Positions 1 through 10,286 of a stretch of DNA of 64,000 nucleotides are shown piece by piece. The DNA lies in NCBI GenBank assembly GCA_965213765.1, contig OZ243926.1:3309422-3373421 (forward strand). The letters run 5' to 3'. The notes under the pieces are model-generated. The model did no database searches and was not told the DNA's origin. It worked only from the letters and a program-made list of their open reading frames with translations. Every line of letters starts with the position of its first letter. Within the stretch, counting starts at the first letter, position 1. The stretch comes from Rhodospirillales bacterium (GTDB lineage Bacteria > Pseudomonadota > Alphaproteobacteria > Rhodospirillales > UBA2165). The position numbers were made by a program, and so were the translations under genes.

Positions 1-4
1 AGCC

Positions 5-1453
5 ATGGATTTCATCGGAGACATCCCGAGTATTCCCCATGTCGAGGGGAAGTGGCTGATTCTGGCTGCCGGTGCGGTTTTCTTCATGTTCATGCTGGCG
101 CGGCGCAAGAAGAGGATGAACGATTTGAAGCGCAAGGACCGGGAGCCCCGCTTTCGGAACATTACCGTGAAAGGGGACGAAAGCCACGGCGCCGAAGGAC
201 GGATCACCGTCCGGCCGTGGATGGAAACCGACGGCATCAAGCGGGTCCTGGCGGCGATCACCGCCGATGGCAAGGTGGCGAGGTTCGTCGGCGGCTGTGT
301 GCGCGATGCGTTGCTTGAACGGCCGGTGAAGGAAGTGGATATCGCCACGCCGGAAACGCCGGACCGGGTGATGGAGCTACTGGAAGCCGCCGGCATCAAG
401 GCGCTGCCGACGGGCATCGAGCATGGCACGGTGACCGCGGTCATCGGCGGCGAGACATACCAGATCACCACCCTCCGGCGTGACGTGAGTACCGACGGGC
501 GGCGGGCGACCGTCACCTTCACCGAAGATTGGCGGGTCGATGCCGAGCGGCGCGACTTCACCTTCAATACCCTGTCGGCGACGCCCGACGGTATGATCTA
601 CGACTATTTCAACGGCCTGCAGGACCTGAACGACCGGGTGATCAAGTTCGTCGGCCATGCCGGGGAGCGGATCGAGGAAGACCGCCTGAGGGTGCTGAGG
701 TTTTTCCGTTTCATTGGGACGCTGGGCATGCGGACCGACCGCAAGGGCGATCTGGAATCCTGCATCCAGGCCGCACCGCAGCTGACCGAACTCTCCCGCG
801 AGCGTATCCGGGACGAGATTATGAAAATCCTGTCGTCCGAGATGCATTTCGACGTCATTCGGATGATGCGGAATCACGGCATCCTCAAGCCCATCCTGCC
901 CGAGATCGGCGAACCGACGGCATTGGCCCGGCTAAAATGGCTGGAGACCACCGCCACGGGCCTTGAGAGCGTGCGGCCGGACCCGATCCGCCGGTTGGCC
1001 TGCGTTCTTGATACGGATGACGAAGGTGTTGAGTCCGTCTGCCAAAATTTGGTGCTGACCAACAAGGAGAAACGCCGGCTCAAGGCACTCCACCATCCGG
1101 GTTGGCGGGCGGATCCGGAGATTTCGGAGGCCGATTTCGAGCGGGTGCTGCAGCGCCTGGGCCCGGAGATCACCCTCGATATTATTCTCATCGACTGGGC
1201 GCACAGCCTGGTCGAGGCGCCTCGGCAGCCCGGCGGCCATGCCGACAAGTGGCAGGCGCTGATCGCCAGGACCGAGAGTTGGGAAGCCAAGGTGTACCCG
1301 CTGAACGGCCATGACGTGATGGCGCTTGGGATCGAGGAAGGGCCCGAAGTGTCCAAGCATTTGGATGCGGTCGAGGCCTGGTGGGAAGAGGGCGGGTTTA
1401 CCGCCGACCGGGCGGCCTGCCTCGCCCGTCTCAAGCAGGAGGTGGAGGCCTAA
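5..1453 (+). CDS. cca: CCA tRNA nucleotidyltransferase (class II) with N-terminal hydrophobic extension
   Basis: FVGGCVRD, RRDFTFN and EDRLRVLRFFRF motifs; motif A reads EVD instead of DxD; start is at the window edge so uncertain. Confidence 0.88.
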   Translation: MDFIGDIPSIPHVEGKWLILAAGAVFFMFMLARRKKRMNDLKRKDREPRFRNITVKGDESHGAEGRITVRPWMETDGIKRVLAAITADGKVARFVGGCVRDALLERPVKEVDIATPETPDRVMELLEAAGIKALPTGIEHGTVTAVIGGETYQITTLRRDVSTDGRRATVTFTEDWRVDAERRDFTFNTLSATPDGMIYDYFNGLQDLNDRVIKFVGHAGERIEEDRLRVLRFFRFIGTLGMRTDRKGDLESCIQAAPQLTELSRERIRDEIMKILSSEMHFDVIRMMRNHGILKPILPEIGEPTALARLKWLETTATGLESVRPDPIRRLACVLDTDDEGVESVCQNLVLTNKEKRRLKALHHPGWRADPEISEADFERVLQRLGPEITLDIILIDWAHSLVEAPRQPGGHADKWQALIARTESWEAKVYPLNGHDVMALGIEEGPEVSKHLDAVEAWWEEGGFTADRAACLARLKQEVEA

Positions 1454-1490
1454 GCCCCTGATAGTTCCCGGTTTTCCCGCACGACCGTGA

Positions 1491-1650
1491 CGACCCCTGA
1501 GCGGTGGCCGGCCTGAACTCGGCCGGGACGAGATCAGGCGCATCTTCACCGGCCTCCATGACGAGGGCGTCCGCCACCTGTTCATCCGGGGCGGCGAGCC
1601 GCTGACCCGCGGGACGCCATGGAGGTGATGGAGGACGTGGCGGCACCGCC
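1491..1650 (+). pseudogene. Radical SAM protein relic
   Basis: Translates ELGRDEIRRIFTGLHDEGVRHLFIRGGEPLTR, then after a frameshift RDAMEVMEDVAA; GGEPL motif present, no start codon or CxxxCxxC. Confidence 0.65.
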
Positions 1651-1697
1651 TGACCGGCCTTGAGGGCGATGGTAAGGCATCTCTAATATACGGGCCC

Positions 1698-2390
1698 ATG
1701 TGCCCGCGATTTTCCCAAGCCTGCACCTGGCAGGAGGTCAGGAACTATTACGACCTTGTCGACGCCGACTGGAACCTGTCGCTGCGCTACAATATCCGGC
1801 CGACCAACCAAATCCCCATCATCCGGAACGGCGGCGCGGGCCGCGAGCTTGCTATGGCGGTGTGGTGGCTGATCCCTCCCTGGGCGGACGCGCCCAACAA
1901 CAAGTACCCCATGTTCAATGCCCGCTCGGAGAGCCTGCTGGACCGTAAGGCCTACGCCGAGCCGGCGCGCAACAAGCGCTGCCTGATCCCGATGACCGGC
2001 TGGTTCGAATTCCACCCGGAGGACGGCATCCGCCGGCCCTATTACTTCACGCTGAAAAGCTCGACCCTGTTCGCGGCCGCCGGCCTCTGGCAGGTCTCGA
2101 CCAGAGGGCCGGAGCCGGTGACGTCCTGCACCCTGGTCACCGTCGGCGGCAATCCGCTGATCGCCCAGTACCACGTGAAGAACCGGATGCCCGCCCTGGT
2201 GCCCGAGGAAGCGTGGGATGCATGGCTCGACACCGAGGAGGTGTCGGCGGAGCATGCCATCTCCAGGCTCGCAAGCTGGCCGGAAGAAGACATCACGGTC
2301 CACGCGGTGGACCGCAACGAGCTCAAGAAGACCATGAGCGACAACCCGGCCTGCATCGAGCCGTGGCCGCCCGCACCCGACCGGGACTAG
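1698..2390 (+). CDS. SOS response-associated peptidase (SRAP; YedK/HMCES-like abasic-site protein)
   Basis: N-terminal MC-x-RF, RYNIRPT, WWLIP, FNARSE, RCLIP-GWFE, H...RMP motifs. Confidence 0.92.
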   Translation: MCPRFSQACTWQEVRNYYDLVDADWNLSLRYNIRPTNQIPIIRNGGAGRELAMAVWWLIPPWADAPNNKYPMFNARSESLLDRKAYAEPARNKRCLIPMTGWFEFHPEDGIRRPYYFTLKSSTLFAAAGLWQVSTRGPEPVTSCTLVTVGGNPLIAQYHVKNRMPALVPEEAWDAWLDTEEVSAEHAISRLASWPEEDITVHAVDRNELKKTMSDNPACIEPWPPAPDRD

Positions 2391-2421
2391 GCGCTACAAA
2401 ATCTCGCCAAAAGGAATTCGC

Positions 2422-3087
2422 CTAGAGGATCTCGCAGGCGTCGTCGAAGGGCAGGCGCGGATTGCGCTTGAAGATGGTGTTTTCGTCACCCCGGCCGATG
2501 GAGCAGACGAACAGGGTCTTCACCGCGGTTCCGGCCCAGAACACTTCATCGCACATGGCCTTGTCCAGACCCTGCATGGGGCCGGTGTCATACCCTGCGG
2601 CCCGCACGGCCATCATGAAATAGGCGGCCTGGAGGGTCGCGTTCTGGGACGCCCAGTGGGGAATGAGGTCGGGGTTTTCCTTCATCCGGTTGGGGATGTC
2701 GTCGGGCCGGAACGGGGTCAGCTGCGGCTGCTTGTGGAAGAAATTATGGTCCATTCCGAGGATGGCGACCGCCGGGGCCTGCCTGGTCTTGGCCCGGTTG
2801 CGCTCGAACATGATCGGGGCGAATTTTTCCTTCGCTTCGGGCGACGTGATGAACTTGATCCGCAAGGGACAGCAGTTGGCCGAGGTCGGCCCCATTTTGG
2901 CCAGATCGTAGATCGCCTTGAGTTCGTCCCCGGAGATGGACTCGTCCTTCCAGCCGTTGAAGCTGCGGGCCTCGCGAAACAACAGGTCGAGGCCATTGTC
3001 GTCGAGCGGGTTCGTCCGTTGCCTGGCATCGCGAACGCTCTGCTGCGCGGCGAGATCGATTTCGTCTTTTTCCGGCGGTCCGGCCAT
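2422..3087 (-). CDS. Nitroreductase family, RutE/YcdI-like malonic semialdehyde reductase
   Basis: LFREARSFNGW, MGPTSANCCP, LQAAY, RNPRLPFDDAC. Confidence 0.85.
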   Translation of the reverse strand: MAGPPEKDEIDLAAQQSVRDARQRTNPLDDNGLDLLFREARSFNGWKDESISGDELKAIYDLAKMGPTSANCCPLRIKFITSPEAKEKFAPIMFERNRAKTRQAPAVAILGMDHNFFHKQPQLTPFRPDDIPNRMKENPDLIPHWASQNATLQAAYFMMAVRAAGYDTGPMQGLDKAMCDEVFWAGTAVKTLFVCSIGRGDENTIFKRNPRLPFDDACEIL

Positions 3088-3169
3088 GGGTCTGTCCCTG
3101 AAACTATCTGAAAAATCAACCGATGGCCGGACTGGGTAATCGTCGCGGGCGATTTTGGCAAGTCCCCCA

Positions 3170-3275
3170 GGTTCGGGATAGGCGATGCCGCGGGCGCATC
3201 ACGTCCATCACATCGTTCCGGAACACGAGCCGGAATGGCCGCGCCATCTCGCCGACACCGGCCTGTTCGTGAACG
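3170..3275 (+). pseudogene. Possible GrpB/UPF0157-like gene relic
   Basis: ATG at 3185 gives MPRAHHVHHIVPEHEPEWPRHLA, resembling the GrpB 'RTHHxHxV...EW.RHL' segment. Confidence 0.35.
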
Positions 3276-3302
3276 CCCGACTATTCCTTCGGCCGGGACG
3301 GC

Positions 3303-4169
3303 CTATTGTTCCTTCGGCCAGGAGGCCAGGGGCGGCAGGGACATGAGAATGGCCTGGGTATTGCCGCCGGTCATCAGGCCGAATTTGGTGCCCCGGTCGT
3401 AGACCAGGTTGAACTCCGCATAGCGGCCCCGCTTTACCAATTGGGCCTGGCGGTCTTCGTCGGTCCAGCTCTCGTTCATGTGCCGGGCGACCAACGCCGG
3501 GTAGACGTCGCGGAAGGCGCCGCCCACGTCCCGGGTGAAGGCGAAGTCGGCCTGCCAGTCTCCGGTATCGAGGTAGTCGTAGAAGATGCCGCCGATGCCC
3601 CGGGTCTCGCCCCGGTGGGGAATGAAGAAATAGTCGTCGCACCACTTCTTGAACTTGTCGTAATCGCCGGGGGGATGGGCATCGCAGGCCGCCTTGAAGG
3701 CGCCGTGGAAATCCCGGGTGTCCCGATCGACGGGAAACACCGGTGTCAGATCACCGCCGCCGCCGAACCAGGATTTCGTGGTGACGATCATCCGCGTATT
3801 CATATGGGCGGCCGGCACCTTCGGGTTCATCGGGTGCGCGACCAGGGAGATGCCCGAAGCCCAGAACCGCGGGTCTTCTCCGGCGCCGGGGATCTGTTTG
3901 CGGAACTTCTCGGAAAATTCGCCGAACACGGTCGAGATGTTGACCCCCACCTTCTCAAACACCCGGCCGGTCATCACCGACATGACGCCGCCGCCGCCTT
4001 CGGGCCGGTCCCAGGGCGTTTGTTCAAATCGCCCGGGTGCCGAGGCGTCCGTGCCGTTCGGCCCTTCGGTTTCGTTCTCCAGCTTTTCGTAGCTGTCACA
4101 GATCTGGTCGCGCAGGGATGCGAACCACCGCGACGCTTCCGCTTTGCGGGTTTCCAGTTCGTCGGTCAT
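3303..4169 (-). CDS. hemF: Oxygen-dependent coproporphyrinogen III oxidase
   Basis: [49 protein letters not shown]. Confidence 0.97.
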   Translation of the reverse strand: MTDELETRKAEASRWFASLRDQICDSYEKLENETEGPNGTDASAPGRFEQTPWDRPEGGGGVMSVMTGRVFEKVGVNISTVFGEFSEKFRKQIPGAGEDPRFWASGISLVAHPMNPKVPAAHMNTRMIVTTKSWFGGGGDLTPVFPVDRDTRDFHGAFKAACDAHPPGDYDKFKKWCDDYFFIPHRGETRGIGGIFYDYLDTGDWQADFAFTRDVGGAFRDVYPALVARHMNESWTDEDRQAQLVKRGRYAEFNLVYDRGTKFGLMTGGNTQAILMSLPPLASWPKEQ

Positions 4170-4185
4170 TCGCCGTCCCTTCCTG

Positions 4186-4653
4186 TCATTCGCCGTCCGC
4201 CGGCAGCAGATCCGTCTGCCGCAACGCCTCGCCTATCACCATGGCGGCGGCGACCGCCACGTTCAAGGACCGGGCGTTGCCGGCCATGGGAATTCGAATG
4301 CGGGCATCGGCGGATTGATGAACCTCCGGCGGCACGCCGGCGCTCTCCCGTCCCAGCAGCAAGATATCCGAGGTTTGAAAATTGAATCCGGTATAGGAGA
4401 GTTCGGCGGATGTCGTCAGCAGCACCAGACGCCGCCCGCTTTCCCGTGCCTGGCGCTCGAACGCCGCCCAGTTCGGGTGCCGTACCAGTTCGGCGGCATC
4501 CAAATAGTCCATGCCGGCGCGGCGGAGCCGTTTGTCGTCCAGCACAAAGCCCGCCGGCTCGATCAGATCAACGCCGATGCCGAGGCAGGCGCCGAGCCGC
4601 AATACGGCGCCGGTATTGCCTGGGATATCGGGCTCGAAGAGGGCTAGTCGCAT
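4186..4653 (-). CDS. trmL: tRNA (cytidine34-2'-O)-methyltransferase
   Basis: [35 protein letters not shown] motifs; ATG at 4653 preferred. Confidence 0.93.
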   Translation of the reverse strand: MRLALFEPDIPGNTGAVLRLGACLGIGVDLIEPAGFVLDDKRLRRAGMDYLDAAELVRHPNWAAFERQARESGRRLVLLTTSAELSYTGFNFQTSDILLLGRESAGVPPEVHQSADARIRIPMAGNARSLNVAVAAAMVIGEALRQTDLLPADGE

Positions 4654-4967
4654 GGAATTGATCAAGCCTGCATTACGCTAGGTTTTCTGCCAATTAGTCG
4701 CAAAAAAGCAGGGGGAATTATGCTTTCCACGGCGGAGAATCTGCATTATATCAGAGGCCAAGTTCCTACCATGAGGTTGGTCAGCAATTGCATGATCTTA
4801 GCCTGGAAACTGACGGGACGGGGAGCGCTGTGGGAGAGGGAGCAGCATCACAATCGTCGGGGACCCGGGTGAAATTCCACGATCGAGCACCAACGTATCT
4901 CAGATAACCCGGTTTTAGTTGCTACGATCCCGAAACGAGCCGAGAACGGACGCAAAAGGACACGAAT

Positions 4968-5528
4968 ATGGCTGATACGAGCGCAACGACCGCAGAGGGT
5001 CATGAACACGAGGAGGATCGCCGCGATTTTCTTCTGACATCGACCATCGTTGTGGGAGCCGCGGGCGTCGCGCTGGCGGCTTGGCCGTTTATCGATTTCA
5101 TGAACCCGTCGGCCGATGTGCTGGCGCTGGCCAGTCTGGAGTTTGATCTGTCCTCCATGGAGCCGGGCCAGGCCGTTACGGTGACCTGGCGCAACAAGCC
5201 GGTCTTCATCCGCCGCCGGACCGCGGCCGAAATCGACGAGGCGAAGAAAGTGCCGCTGTCCGACCTGAAAGATCCGCAGGCCGATGCCGACCGGGTCAAG
5301 GAAGGCAAGGATGAGTGGCTGGTGATGATCGGCATCTGCACCCATTTGGGCTGCATCCCGGCGGGCCAGAAAGCGACGGATACGAAGGGCGAGTTCGGCG
5401 GCTGGTTCTGCCCGTGCCACGGCTCGCACTACGACACGTCCGGGCGCATTCGCAAGGGGCCGGCGCCCAGAAATCTGGAGATCCCGCCCTACGCCTTTAC
5501 CAACGATACGACCGTTAGAATCGGTTAG
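4968..5528 (+). CDS. petA: Ubiquinol-cytochrome c reductase Rieske subunit
   Basis: Tat-like RRDFL, CTHLGC and CPCHGS boxes. Confidence 0.98.
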   Translation: MADTSATTAEGHEHEEDRRDFLLTSTIVVGAAGVALAAWPFIDFMNPSADVLALASLEFDLSSMEPGQAVTVTWRNKPVFIRRRTAAEIDEAKKVPLSDLKDPQADADRVKEGKDEWLVMIGICTHLGCIPAGQKATDTKGEFGGWFCPCHGSHYDTSGRIRKGPAPRNLEIPPYAFTNDTTVRIG

Positions 5529-5539
5529 GAGATCCACCC

Positions 5540-6832
5540 ATGAGCGCAGCCCCAGAATGGAAAAATCCGGTCGTCAGGTGGATCGACCATCGTCTTCCGA
5601 TCTTCACGTTCACCCATCACAGCCTCGTCGACTATCCGACGCCCAGGAACCTGAATTACTGGTGGAACTTCGGCTCGCTGGCCGGCATCGTCCTGGTGAT
5701 CCTGATCGCCACCGGACTGTTTCTGGCGATGCACTACAATCCCAGCGTCGATCATGCCTTCGACTCGGTCGAGCGGATCATGCGCGACGTGAACTACGGC
5801 TGGCTGATGCGGTACATGCACGCCAACGGCGCCTCCATGTTCTTCCTGGTGGTCTACATCCATATGTTCAGGGCGCTGTATTACGGCTCCTACCGGGCAC
5901 CCCGCGAGGTGCTATGGTTCATCGGCCTGTTCATCTTCCTTGCCATGATGGCAACGGCCTTCGTCGGCTACACCCTGCCCTGGGGTCAGATGAGCTTCTG
6001 GGGCGCCACGGTGATCACCAACCTGTTCTCGGTGGTCCCGTTCTTTGGCGACGCCATCGTGGAGTGGCTGTTGGGCGGCTTCGCGGTCGACAATCCGACA
6101 CTGAACCGTTTCTTCGCCTTTCACTTCCTGTTGCCCTTCGTGATCTTCGGGCTGGTGTTCCTGCACCTCTGGGCCCTGCACGTGCACAAGTCGAACAATC
6201 CGCTGGGCGTGGATATCAAGACGGACGGAGATACGATTCCCTTCCATCCCTACTACACGGCGAAGGACGCCTTCGGGCTCGGGCTTTTCCTGATCGTCTA
6301 CTTTGCCTTCGCTTTCTTCGCGCCGAACTATCTGGGCCACCCGGACAACTATATCCCGGCCAACGCGCTGGTGACCCCGCCGGAGATCGTGCCCGAATGG
6401 TACTTCCTGCCGTTCTACGCGATCCTGCGCGCGGTGCCCGACAACTTCATCGACATCTGGGGCATCATGCCGATCCTCGTGACCGCGAAGACGGCCGGCG
6501 TGATCCTGATGTTTGCCTCGATCATCGTGCTGTTCTTGCTGCCCTGGCTTGACCGGAGCCCGGTCCGGAGTGCCAAGTTCCGGCCTATCTACAAGCAGCT
6601 TTACTGGCTGTTCCTGGCCGATTGCATCATCCTGGGCTGGGTCGGCGCCAATCCGCCGGAAGGCAACATGCTGGTCATTGGCCGCATAGCGACGCTCTAT
6701 TATTTCGTCCATCTGCTGGTCTTCATGCCGTTGCTGTCCAGGTACGAGAAGACGCGGCCACTGCCGGATAGTATTAGTGCGGCTGTGACGCCCCAGGGGT
6801 CGTCCCAGGGCGCTCAAGCTCAGGGAGCCTGA
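5540..6832 (+). CDS. petB: Cytochrome b of the bc1 complex
   Basis: [27 protein letters not shown]. Confidence 0.98.
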   Translation: MSAAPEWKNPVVRWIDHRLPIFTFTHHSLVDYPTPRNLNYWWNFGSLAGIVLVILIATGLFLAMHYNPSVDHAFDSVERIMRDVNYGWLMRYMHANGASMFFLVVYIHMFRALYYGSYRAPREVLWFIGLFIFLAMMATAFVGYTLPWGQMSFWGATVITNLFSVVPFFGDAIVEWLLGGFAVDNPTLNRFFAFHFLLPFVIFGLVFLHLWALHVHKSNNPLGVDIKTDGDTIPFHPYYTAKDAFGLGLFLIVYFAFAFFAPNYLGHPDNYIPANALVTPPEIVPEWYFLPFYAILRAVPDNFIDIWGIMPILVTAKTAGVILMFASIIVLFLLPWLDRSPVRSAKFRPIYKQLYWLFLADCIILGWVGANPPEGNMLVIGRIATLYYFVHLLVFMPLLSRYEKTRPLPDSISAAVTPQGSSQGAQAQGA

Positions 6833-6836
6833 AGAG

Positions 6837-7619
6837 ATGATCCGGACATTTAAGGGAATTGCCGCCGCCGCCGCCGTTCTCGCCGCGTTCTCGGTTTCGG
6901 ACGTTTCAAAGTCCTGGGCCGCCAGTAAGGCGACCCCGCCGCCGCCGCGGGAGTGGTCCTTCTCGGGCGTCTTCGGCACGTTCGACCGCGCCCAGCTCCA
7001 ACGCGGTTATCAGGTGTATCGCGAGGTCTGCGCGTCCTGCCATTCCATGAAGCAAGTCTATTTCCGGCATCTGGTGGACATCGGCCTGTCGGAAAACGCG
7101 ATCAAGGCGATCGCGGCCGAGTACGACGTGGCCGGCGAGCCCGACGAGGATGGTGAACCCACGGAGCGCCCGGCCCAACTTTTCGACAGACTTCCAAGCC
7201 CGTATGCCAACGATAACGAGGCGCGCTCGGTCAACAACGGCGCGCTGCCGCCCGATCTGTCGCTGATTGCGAAGTCGCGCGTCGGCGGATCCGACTACAT
7301 TCATGCGCTGCTGACCGGGTATTTGGAGAAGGCGCCGGCGGGCGTCACCATGGGCGAAGGCATGAACTACAACACCTATTTCGCCGGCAATCAGATTGCC
7401 ATGGTGCCGCCGTTGGCCGAAGACGGGGTCGAGTACGAAGACGGCACCAAGGCCAGCGTCGATCAGCAGGCCGGCGACATTGCCGCCTTCATGACCTGGG
7501 CGGCCGAGCCGGAGATGGAAGAGCGCAAGCGGATGGGGGTCAAAGTGCTGTTGTTCCTGATCATCCTGACCGCCATGCTCTACGCGGTGAAGCGCCGGGT
7601 CTGGTCCAACCTGCATTAG
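6837..7619 (+). CDS. petC: Cytochrome c1
   Basis: Signal peptide, CASCH haem motif, PPDLS, C-terminal TM helix. Confidence 0.98.
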   Translation: MIRTFKGIAAAAAVLAAFSVSDVSKSWAASKATPPPPREWSFSGVFGTFDRAQLQRGYQVYREVCASCHSMKQVYFRHLVDIGLSENAIKAIAAEYDVAGEPDEDGEPTERPAQLFDRLPSPYANDNEARSVNNGALPPDLSLIAKSRVGGSDYIHALLTGYLEKAPAGVTMGEGMNYNTYFAGNQIAMVPPLAEDGVEYEDGTKASVDQQAGDIAAFMTWAAEPEMEERKRMGVKVLLFLIILTAMLYAVKRRVWSNLH

Positions 7620-7670
7620 ACGAAATTGGCCGCGGTGACCGCGACCGCCAAAATTCGGGAGAGGTAAGGG

Positions 7671-8252
7671 ATGCGATTGCTCCGTATTGTCGGCTTTTTG
7701 TCGGCTTTGTTCGCTTTCGCAGGTGCCGGTGACGCACTGGCGCAGGGAAAGCCCAAGGTCAGGTTCATCACCAGCCTCGGCGAGTTCATTGTTGAATTGG
7801 AACCGGAAAAAGCGCCTGGGACGGTGGAGAATTTTTTCGGTTACGTCCGAGGCGGCCATTACACCGGCACCATTTTTCACCGGGTGATTCCGGGCTTCGT
7901 CGTGCAAGGCGGCGGATTCAGCCAGGAATATCAGCGCCGCCGCACCGGCGCACCGATCCGGAACGAGGCGGATACGGGTCTCTCCAATGAACGCGGCACC
8001 ATCGCCATGGCGCGGACGTCCGATCCTCATTCGGCGACCGACCAGTTCTATATCAATATCAAGCTCAACAAGGGCCTCGACCACACCGCCAAAACCCGCA
8101 ATGGCTGGGGCTATACGGCGTTTGGACGGGTCATCGATGGAATGCGCATCGTCAGCCGGATATCCCGGGTCGAGCGGGGGCCGGGCGGCCCGTTCCGCCA
8201 AGACGTACCTCGGACCCCGGTGATCGTCGAGAAGGCCGAAATCATTAATTGA
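7671..8252 (+). CDS. Periplasmic cyclophilin-type peptidyl-prolyl isomerase
   Basis: Signal peptide, FHRVIPGFVVQGGG, GTIAMART. Confidence 0.93.
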   Translation: MRLLRIVGFLSALFAFAGAGDALAQGKPKVRFITSLGEFIVELEPEKAPGTVENFFGYVRGGHYTGTIFHRVIPGFVVQGGGFSQEYQRRRTGAPIRNEADTGLSNERGTIAMARTSDPHSATDQFYINIKLNKGLDHTAKTRNGWGYTAFGRVIDGMRIVSRISRVERGPGGPFRQDVPRTPVIVEKAEIIN

Positions 8253-8284
8253 TGTTTGCCCTGATCGGGGCGGGGGAGACAGAC

Positions 8285-9172
8285 ATGACAGCACCGGGCA
8301 CCCCTCCGGTTATCGGGATTATCGGCGGCAGCGGCCTCTATGAGATCGATGGCCTGACCAACACCAGATGGGAGAAGATCGAGAGCCCGTTCGGCGAACC
8401 GTCGGATGAATTGCTGTTCGGCGAACTGGACGGATTGCAGCTGGTATTTCTGCCGCGCCATGGCCGCGGCCACCGCATTCCCCCCTCCGAGCTCAATTTT
8501 CGCGCCAACATCGACTGCCTGAAGCGGGCCGGCGTCACTGAAATTCTGTCCCTGTCGGCTTGCGGGTCGTTCAAGGAGGAACTGCCGCCCGGCACTCTCG
8601 TCATCGTCGATCAGTTCATCGATCGGACGTTCGCGCGCGTGAAATCCTTCTTCGGCACCGGAATGGTCGCCCATGTGGAGTTCGGCCATCCGGCCTGCGC
8701 CCGGTTGGCTGACGCGCTGGAAGAAAGCTGTAAGGCGCTGGACATCCCGATGCAACGGGGCGGCACCTATCTCGTCATGGAGGGTCCGCAATTCTCGACT
8801 CTCGCCGAGAGCGAGCTTTACCGGTCGTGGGGCTGCGACGTCATCGGCATGACCAATATGCCGGAGGCCAAGCTCGCCCGGGAGGCCGAACTCTGCTATG
8901 CCACCGTCGCCATGGTCACCGATTACGATTGCTGGCATCCGGACCACGATAACGTGACCGTCGAGGGGATCGTCGCTGTATTGCTGGGCAACGCCGACAA
9001 GGCCAAGTCGCTGGTCAGGGACGTGGCGCCCCGGCTCGGAGGCCGGACCGGGAGCTGTCCCCACGGGCATCACACGGCCCTGGAGAACGCACTCATTACC
9101 GCGCCCGAGGCCCGCGATCCCGCGGTGCTCGCCAAGCTCGACGCGGTGGCGGGCCGGGTCTTGGGTGGCTAG
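8285..9172 (+). CDS. mtnP: 5'-methylthioadenosine phosphorylase
   Basis: GIIGGSG, PRHGRGH, MEGPQFST, GMTNMPEA, TDYDCW; ATG 8285 after GGAG. Confidence 0.94.
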   Translation: MTAPGTPPVIGIIGGSGLYEIDGLTNTRWEKIESPFGEPSDELLFGELDGLQLVFLPRHGRGHRIPPSELNFRANIDCLKRAGVTEILSLSACGSFKEELPPGTLVIVDQFIDRTFARVKSFFGTGMVAHVEFGHPACARLADALEESCKALDIPMQRGGTYLVMEGPQFSTLAESELYRSWGCDVIGMTNMPEAKLAREAELCYATVAMVTDYDCWHPDHDNVTVEGIVAVLLGNADKAKSLVRDVAPRLGGRTGSCPHGHHTALENALITAPEARDPAVLAKLDAVAGRVLGG

Positions 9173-9175
9173 GCG

Positions 9176-10285
9176 ATGAAGGTCTCCGGCACGCCGTACC
9201 GCACCATCTGGCCGGCCGACGACGCCGACAACGGGATCGGCGCGGCCGAGATCATCGATCAGACCAAGCTGCCCCACCAATTCGTGACCGTACGGCTGGA
9301 AACCGTCGAGGAAGCCGCGACGGCCATCCGCGACATGTGGGTACGGGGCGCGCCGCTGATCGGCGCGACGGCGGCCTACGGCATGGCGCTGGCCATGCGG
9401 GCCGATCCCTCGGACGAGAGCCTTAACGCCGCCTACGATCTGCTGATGGCCGCCCGGCCGACGGCGGTCAATCTTCGCTGGGCCTGCGATGATCTGCGCG
9501 AAGTGCTGACCAACCTGCCCGCCGAACGGCGTATAGCGGCGGCCTATCGCCGGGCGGCGGAGATCTGCGATGAAGACGTGGAAATTTGTTCCTCAATCGG
9601 CGACCACGGCATGCCGCTGATCCGCGAGGCCTGGGAGAGCCGCGGCAAGCCGGACCAGGTGAATGTGCTCACCCACTGCAATGCCGGTTGGCTGGCGACG
9701 GTGGATTGGGGCACCGCGCTCGCCCCCGTCTACAAGGCGCACGATGCCGGCATTCCGGTCCACGTCTGGGTCGACGAGACCCGGCCTCGCAACCAGGGCG
9801 CCAGCCTGACCGCATGGGAATTGGGCCAGCACGGCGTGCCGCACACGGTGATCGTCGACAATGTGGGCGGCCACCTGATGCAGCACGGAATGGTCGATCT
9901 CTGCATTACCGGCACCGACCGGACCACGCGCACCGGCGACGTGTGCAACAAGATCGGCACCTACCTGAAGGCGTTGGCGGCGCACGACAACGGCGTGCCG
10001 TTCTACGTCGGCCTGCCGGGCCCGACCATCGACTGGACCGTCAGCGACGGGGTTGCTGAGATCCCCATCGAGGAGCGGGATGGGGCGGAGGTCACGGTGA
10101 TGACCGGCAAGACCGCCGCCGGGGAGATCATGGACATCACTCTCACGCCCGACGATTCCCCGGCCGCCAACTTTGCATTCGATGTCACCCCCCGGCGGTT
10201 GGTAACCGGCCTGATCACCGAGCGCGGGGTGTCGGCGGCATCCGAAGAGGGGCTGTCGGCGCTTTACCCGGAACACGCGCGGTAA
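9176..10285 (+). CDS. mtnA: Methylthioribose-1-phosphate isomerase
   Basis: [37 protein letters not shown]. Confidence 0.96.
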   Translation: MKVSGTPYRTIWPADDADNGIGAAEIIDQTKLPHQFVTVRLETVEEAATAIRDMWVRGAPLIGATAAYGMALAMRADPSDESLNAAYDLLMAARPTAVNLRWACDDLREVLTNLPAERRIAAAYRRAAEICDEDVEICSSIGDHGMPLIREAWESRGKPDQVNVLTHCNAGWLATVDWGTALAPVYKAHDAGIPVHVWVDETRPRNQGASLTAWELGQHGVPHTVIVDNVGGHLMQHGMVDLCITGTDRTTRTGDVCNKIGTYLKALAAHDNGVPFYVGLPGPTIDWTVSDGVAEIPIEERDGAEVTVMTGKTAAGEIMDITLTPDDSPAANFAFDVTPRRLVTGLITERGVSAASEEGLSALYPEHAR

Positions 10286-10286
10286 A

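Noticed and set aside
4687-4701. Possible RegA/RegR site (CTGCC-AATTA-GTCGC) upstream of petABC
   Set aside because: Only one half-site matches; too weak in GC-rich DNA
4800-4960. GGGTGAAATTCC in the petA leader suggesting an FMN or cobalamin riboswitch
   Set aside because: Other conserved riboswitch segments are absent and the context does not fit
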